NCBI GenBank assembly: GCA_040954595.2
Contig: CM082577.2
Location: 1,426,001-1,490,000 of the forward strand
Origin: Balanoglossus misakiensis
Taxonomy: Eukaryota > Animalia > Hemichordata
Length of the DNA stretch: 64,000 bases
Direction: 5' to 3'
Below the pieces are notes generated by a model. That model did not search any database and had not been told where the DNA came from. It saw only the letters and a list, made by a program, of their open reading frames with translations. Positions 61,516-64,000 of this stretch are shown piece by piece. Numbering within the stretch: the first letter of the stretch is position 1; each line of letters opens with the position of its first letter. The translations under genes were made by a program, and so were the position numbers.

Positions 61516-64000
61516 TGTTGTTAATGCTTGAACAATAAACCTCCCGGGAGTATATAAGACAAGCCAAATCATCATGGACTATACAATGTATGTGCCAGGA
61601 GAGAATAGACATGTATGGAAAAGTACAAATGGGACTTAAAAAAAAAAACTCTTTGCATCGGAGAGGCATGTCGTATGTGCTGACAAAGTCAGGTGACTTA
61701 TTTTCACATAAGCTCAGATGAATGTGAGCTGTAGGACCTGAAGACTGTCATAGTCCCGCACTAGTGCAAGAGTATGGCACCACATATCACAGAAGTGCCT
61801 TTATAATTATTACGACGATGCCATGCTTGTCGTGATACACAAGTGAGAGAAGAAACACTCTGTGTCAGCTGAGTGATATTGAAGTGTCGGCACATCAACC
61901 TGGAAAGGAGACTGCACAATGCCGGAAATACCAGACCACTCTCTCAGCTGGCAGATGGAATAGTTGCTTTTGCCAGAAACAAGGACACACAGGAAAAGGA
62001 CCAGTCTTGCCTGGCACCAGCAGAGCAAACATGTCAGAATTTTTTCTTAGTTGCTATTAGTTGTGGGACGTTTTACATGATTCTACATGGGCCATGCGAA
62101 AAATTTGCCTTAGGTCTTCCAATGGTAGGCATGCAATAACTGTCATGACATTATGCAAATGAACCAGACGTTAGCAGGTGGTTGAACACTGATGTGCAAA
62201 TGCGTGATGCATATCAACACAACTGCCAGTGTTATTTAATTGAGCATTTATCTGCGAAAGAAATGCATTATGAAGCCGGGTTTTTCTAGGAATTGCTTCA
62301 GAAGCTGAGTTGTGTGTTAGTCTACTATGGTGGGGGGACTGTTGTGTCTTGTTCCATTTCTGGGGATATCCTTTTTCACTCTTGGAATTGTGAATGGTCT
62401 CTGAGTTTCGATTTTGAGGCACATCATGAAAATGATCATGGAACTGGCCAGATTTTGATGGTCATTTTGTGTATAGCGATCGAGTTATCATTGTTTCTAT
62501 GCATTCAACATAGAACAGAATGCAAAATAGGGACCAACGAAATAGTTTTGCGTTTACTGTTTTGCTGAAAAATTAAAATAACATCTGTAGATTTAACTTA
62601 ATTTACAAATTTATAGAATTTTATGAAAAGATACATTTAGTTTTTTATGTATATAAAGTTTCTATTGAGATTTTAAATTGAAAACCTCTCAAATTCTTCT
62701 ATTAATTATGGAACACTTTCATTAGTGTTGGTGGATTTATAGCTAAAAATGTTTCCTGAAATGACATGGTCTTCTTGCAAAGAGGTCATACACACTCCTT
62801 GACAATTAAATTGTAATGAGAAAAGCAATGTTGACAATCAACAAAAAAAACATGAAAAAAGAGAATAAAATGGCTTTCAGGGTAATGTTTTACATTCGTA
62901 TGCTATTTTTGCTCACATTTGGATGTTTATAATTGTAATTGGAATGCCTGGCCATGATAATTTGTCTCCCGCTAGAGATAAGGTATTTTGACAAACTACT
63001 TGTAATGCAAAGCTGGATACTTTTATTATAAGAGACGAGATTTCCTTTTTCGACATTTGTTGGAAAAGCACAGGTTTAGTGCTAATAACCACAGAGCACA
63101 TTTTCAGTATAAACTACTTGTCTTTAACAGAAATTATATAATTTTCAGTGTGTCAGTCTTGTTTTAATTATATTAGTGAAACTTACGCAGCAGGCTGTGT
63201 TTGGTTTTGCAGATAAAAAAACACAGATTTTGTTGTGTATTATTTTTTTAATTGTGTTTGAAATTAGATTTTACTTTGACGAATGTATATTCAGAATTTG
63301 TCATATGAAACTACAATGTACTCTGATATCAGACATTTTTTCAGAGTCTTATAATGAACCACTGATGATGGCTATTACTGCAGCTGATAGTTAGCAATAG
63401 ACATCTGTTGTTTTTGGGAACTTTGTTAATTACAGTTAATTACATTGCACAAAAAAGGGTACAGAATAAACAACCAACAAAGTTCAGGTTTACAGTTAGG
63501 TACTCATGAGAGTTGCCAAATTTGATATGAAATTTTTAAATATTTCCATGAATGTATGTTTTAGTTTAAATTCATTGCATTGCTTTTAAAATGTGTGTGT
63601 GCATGTGACGTACAAGTCATGTAACACTGTACACATCGTTATCATGCGCTCACCTGTATGTTCAGTACTTTTAAAATTGTCAGTATTAACAATTTAAACC
63701 ATGACAGAATAAGATGAAGATTAATGTTCAAATTTACATGCAGTAGTAGTAGAATTGGATTCAGATTCAGCTTCAGTAATCATAAGTTTTTAATCCAAAA
63801 TGAATGCACAATATGTATTGATCATTAAGATGCACAATCATGTTAAAATTATATGTTCCCAGTTCAGTGCACAATTATGATTCGGGAACTTGTGTGCAAA
63901 ATGCAGGCCGCTGTCATCATTCCACAGATGCACATTTTCAGTTTTGCAGTCGGTGTAAAAAAAACTTGGTTGTTGTATGTAGCTTTTTATCTGTATATAT

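Overview
Eukaryotic (intron-containing, AT-rich) animal genomic DNA, most consistent with a marine invertebrate deuterostome; the species cannot be fixed from sequence alone. Four blocks. (1) 1-26 kb, minus strand: a tandem cluster of three paralogous genes built from a four-exon LDLa-PAN/Apple-CUB-CUB cassette. Gene A (26058-20725) has a catalytically dead N-terminal trypsin-like domain, 1 cassette, a Thr/Pro repeat stalk and a TM. Gene B (19134-9112) has an intact N-terminal trypsin-like protease, 3 cassettes and a TM. Gene C (7478-<698) has a signal peptide, no protease and 3 cassettes, and runs off the window. (2) 27.2-41.8 kb: about 168 copies of an 87-bp satellite that flips orientation at 32482, forming a spacerless giant inverted repeat; the long repetitive ORFs there are artefacts. 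(3) 46.9-52.1 kb, minus strand: ZNF207/BuGZ with a U12-type first intron. (4) 55.4-61.5 kb, plus strand, divergent from ZNF207: an adaptor with a PH - IRS/DOK-type PTB-like - Pro/Tyr-motif - Death domain architecture. Several small MITE-like and foldback elements are scattered through the window. Exon models were read by eye from splice signals and frame continuity; domain calls come from motif recognition, not database searches.
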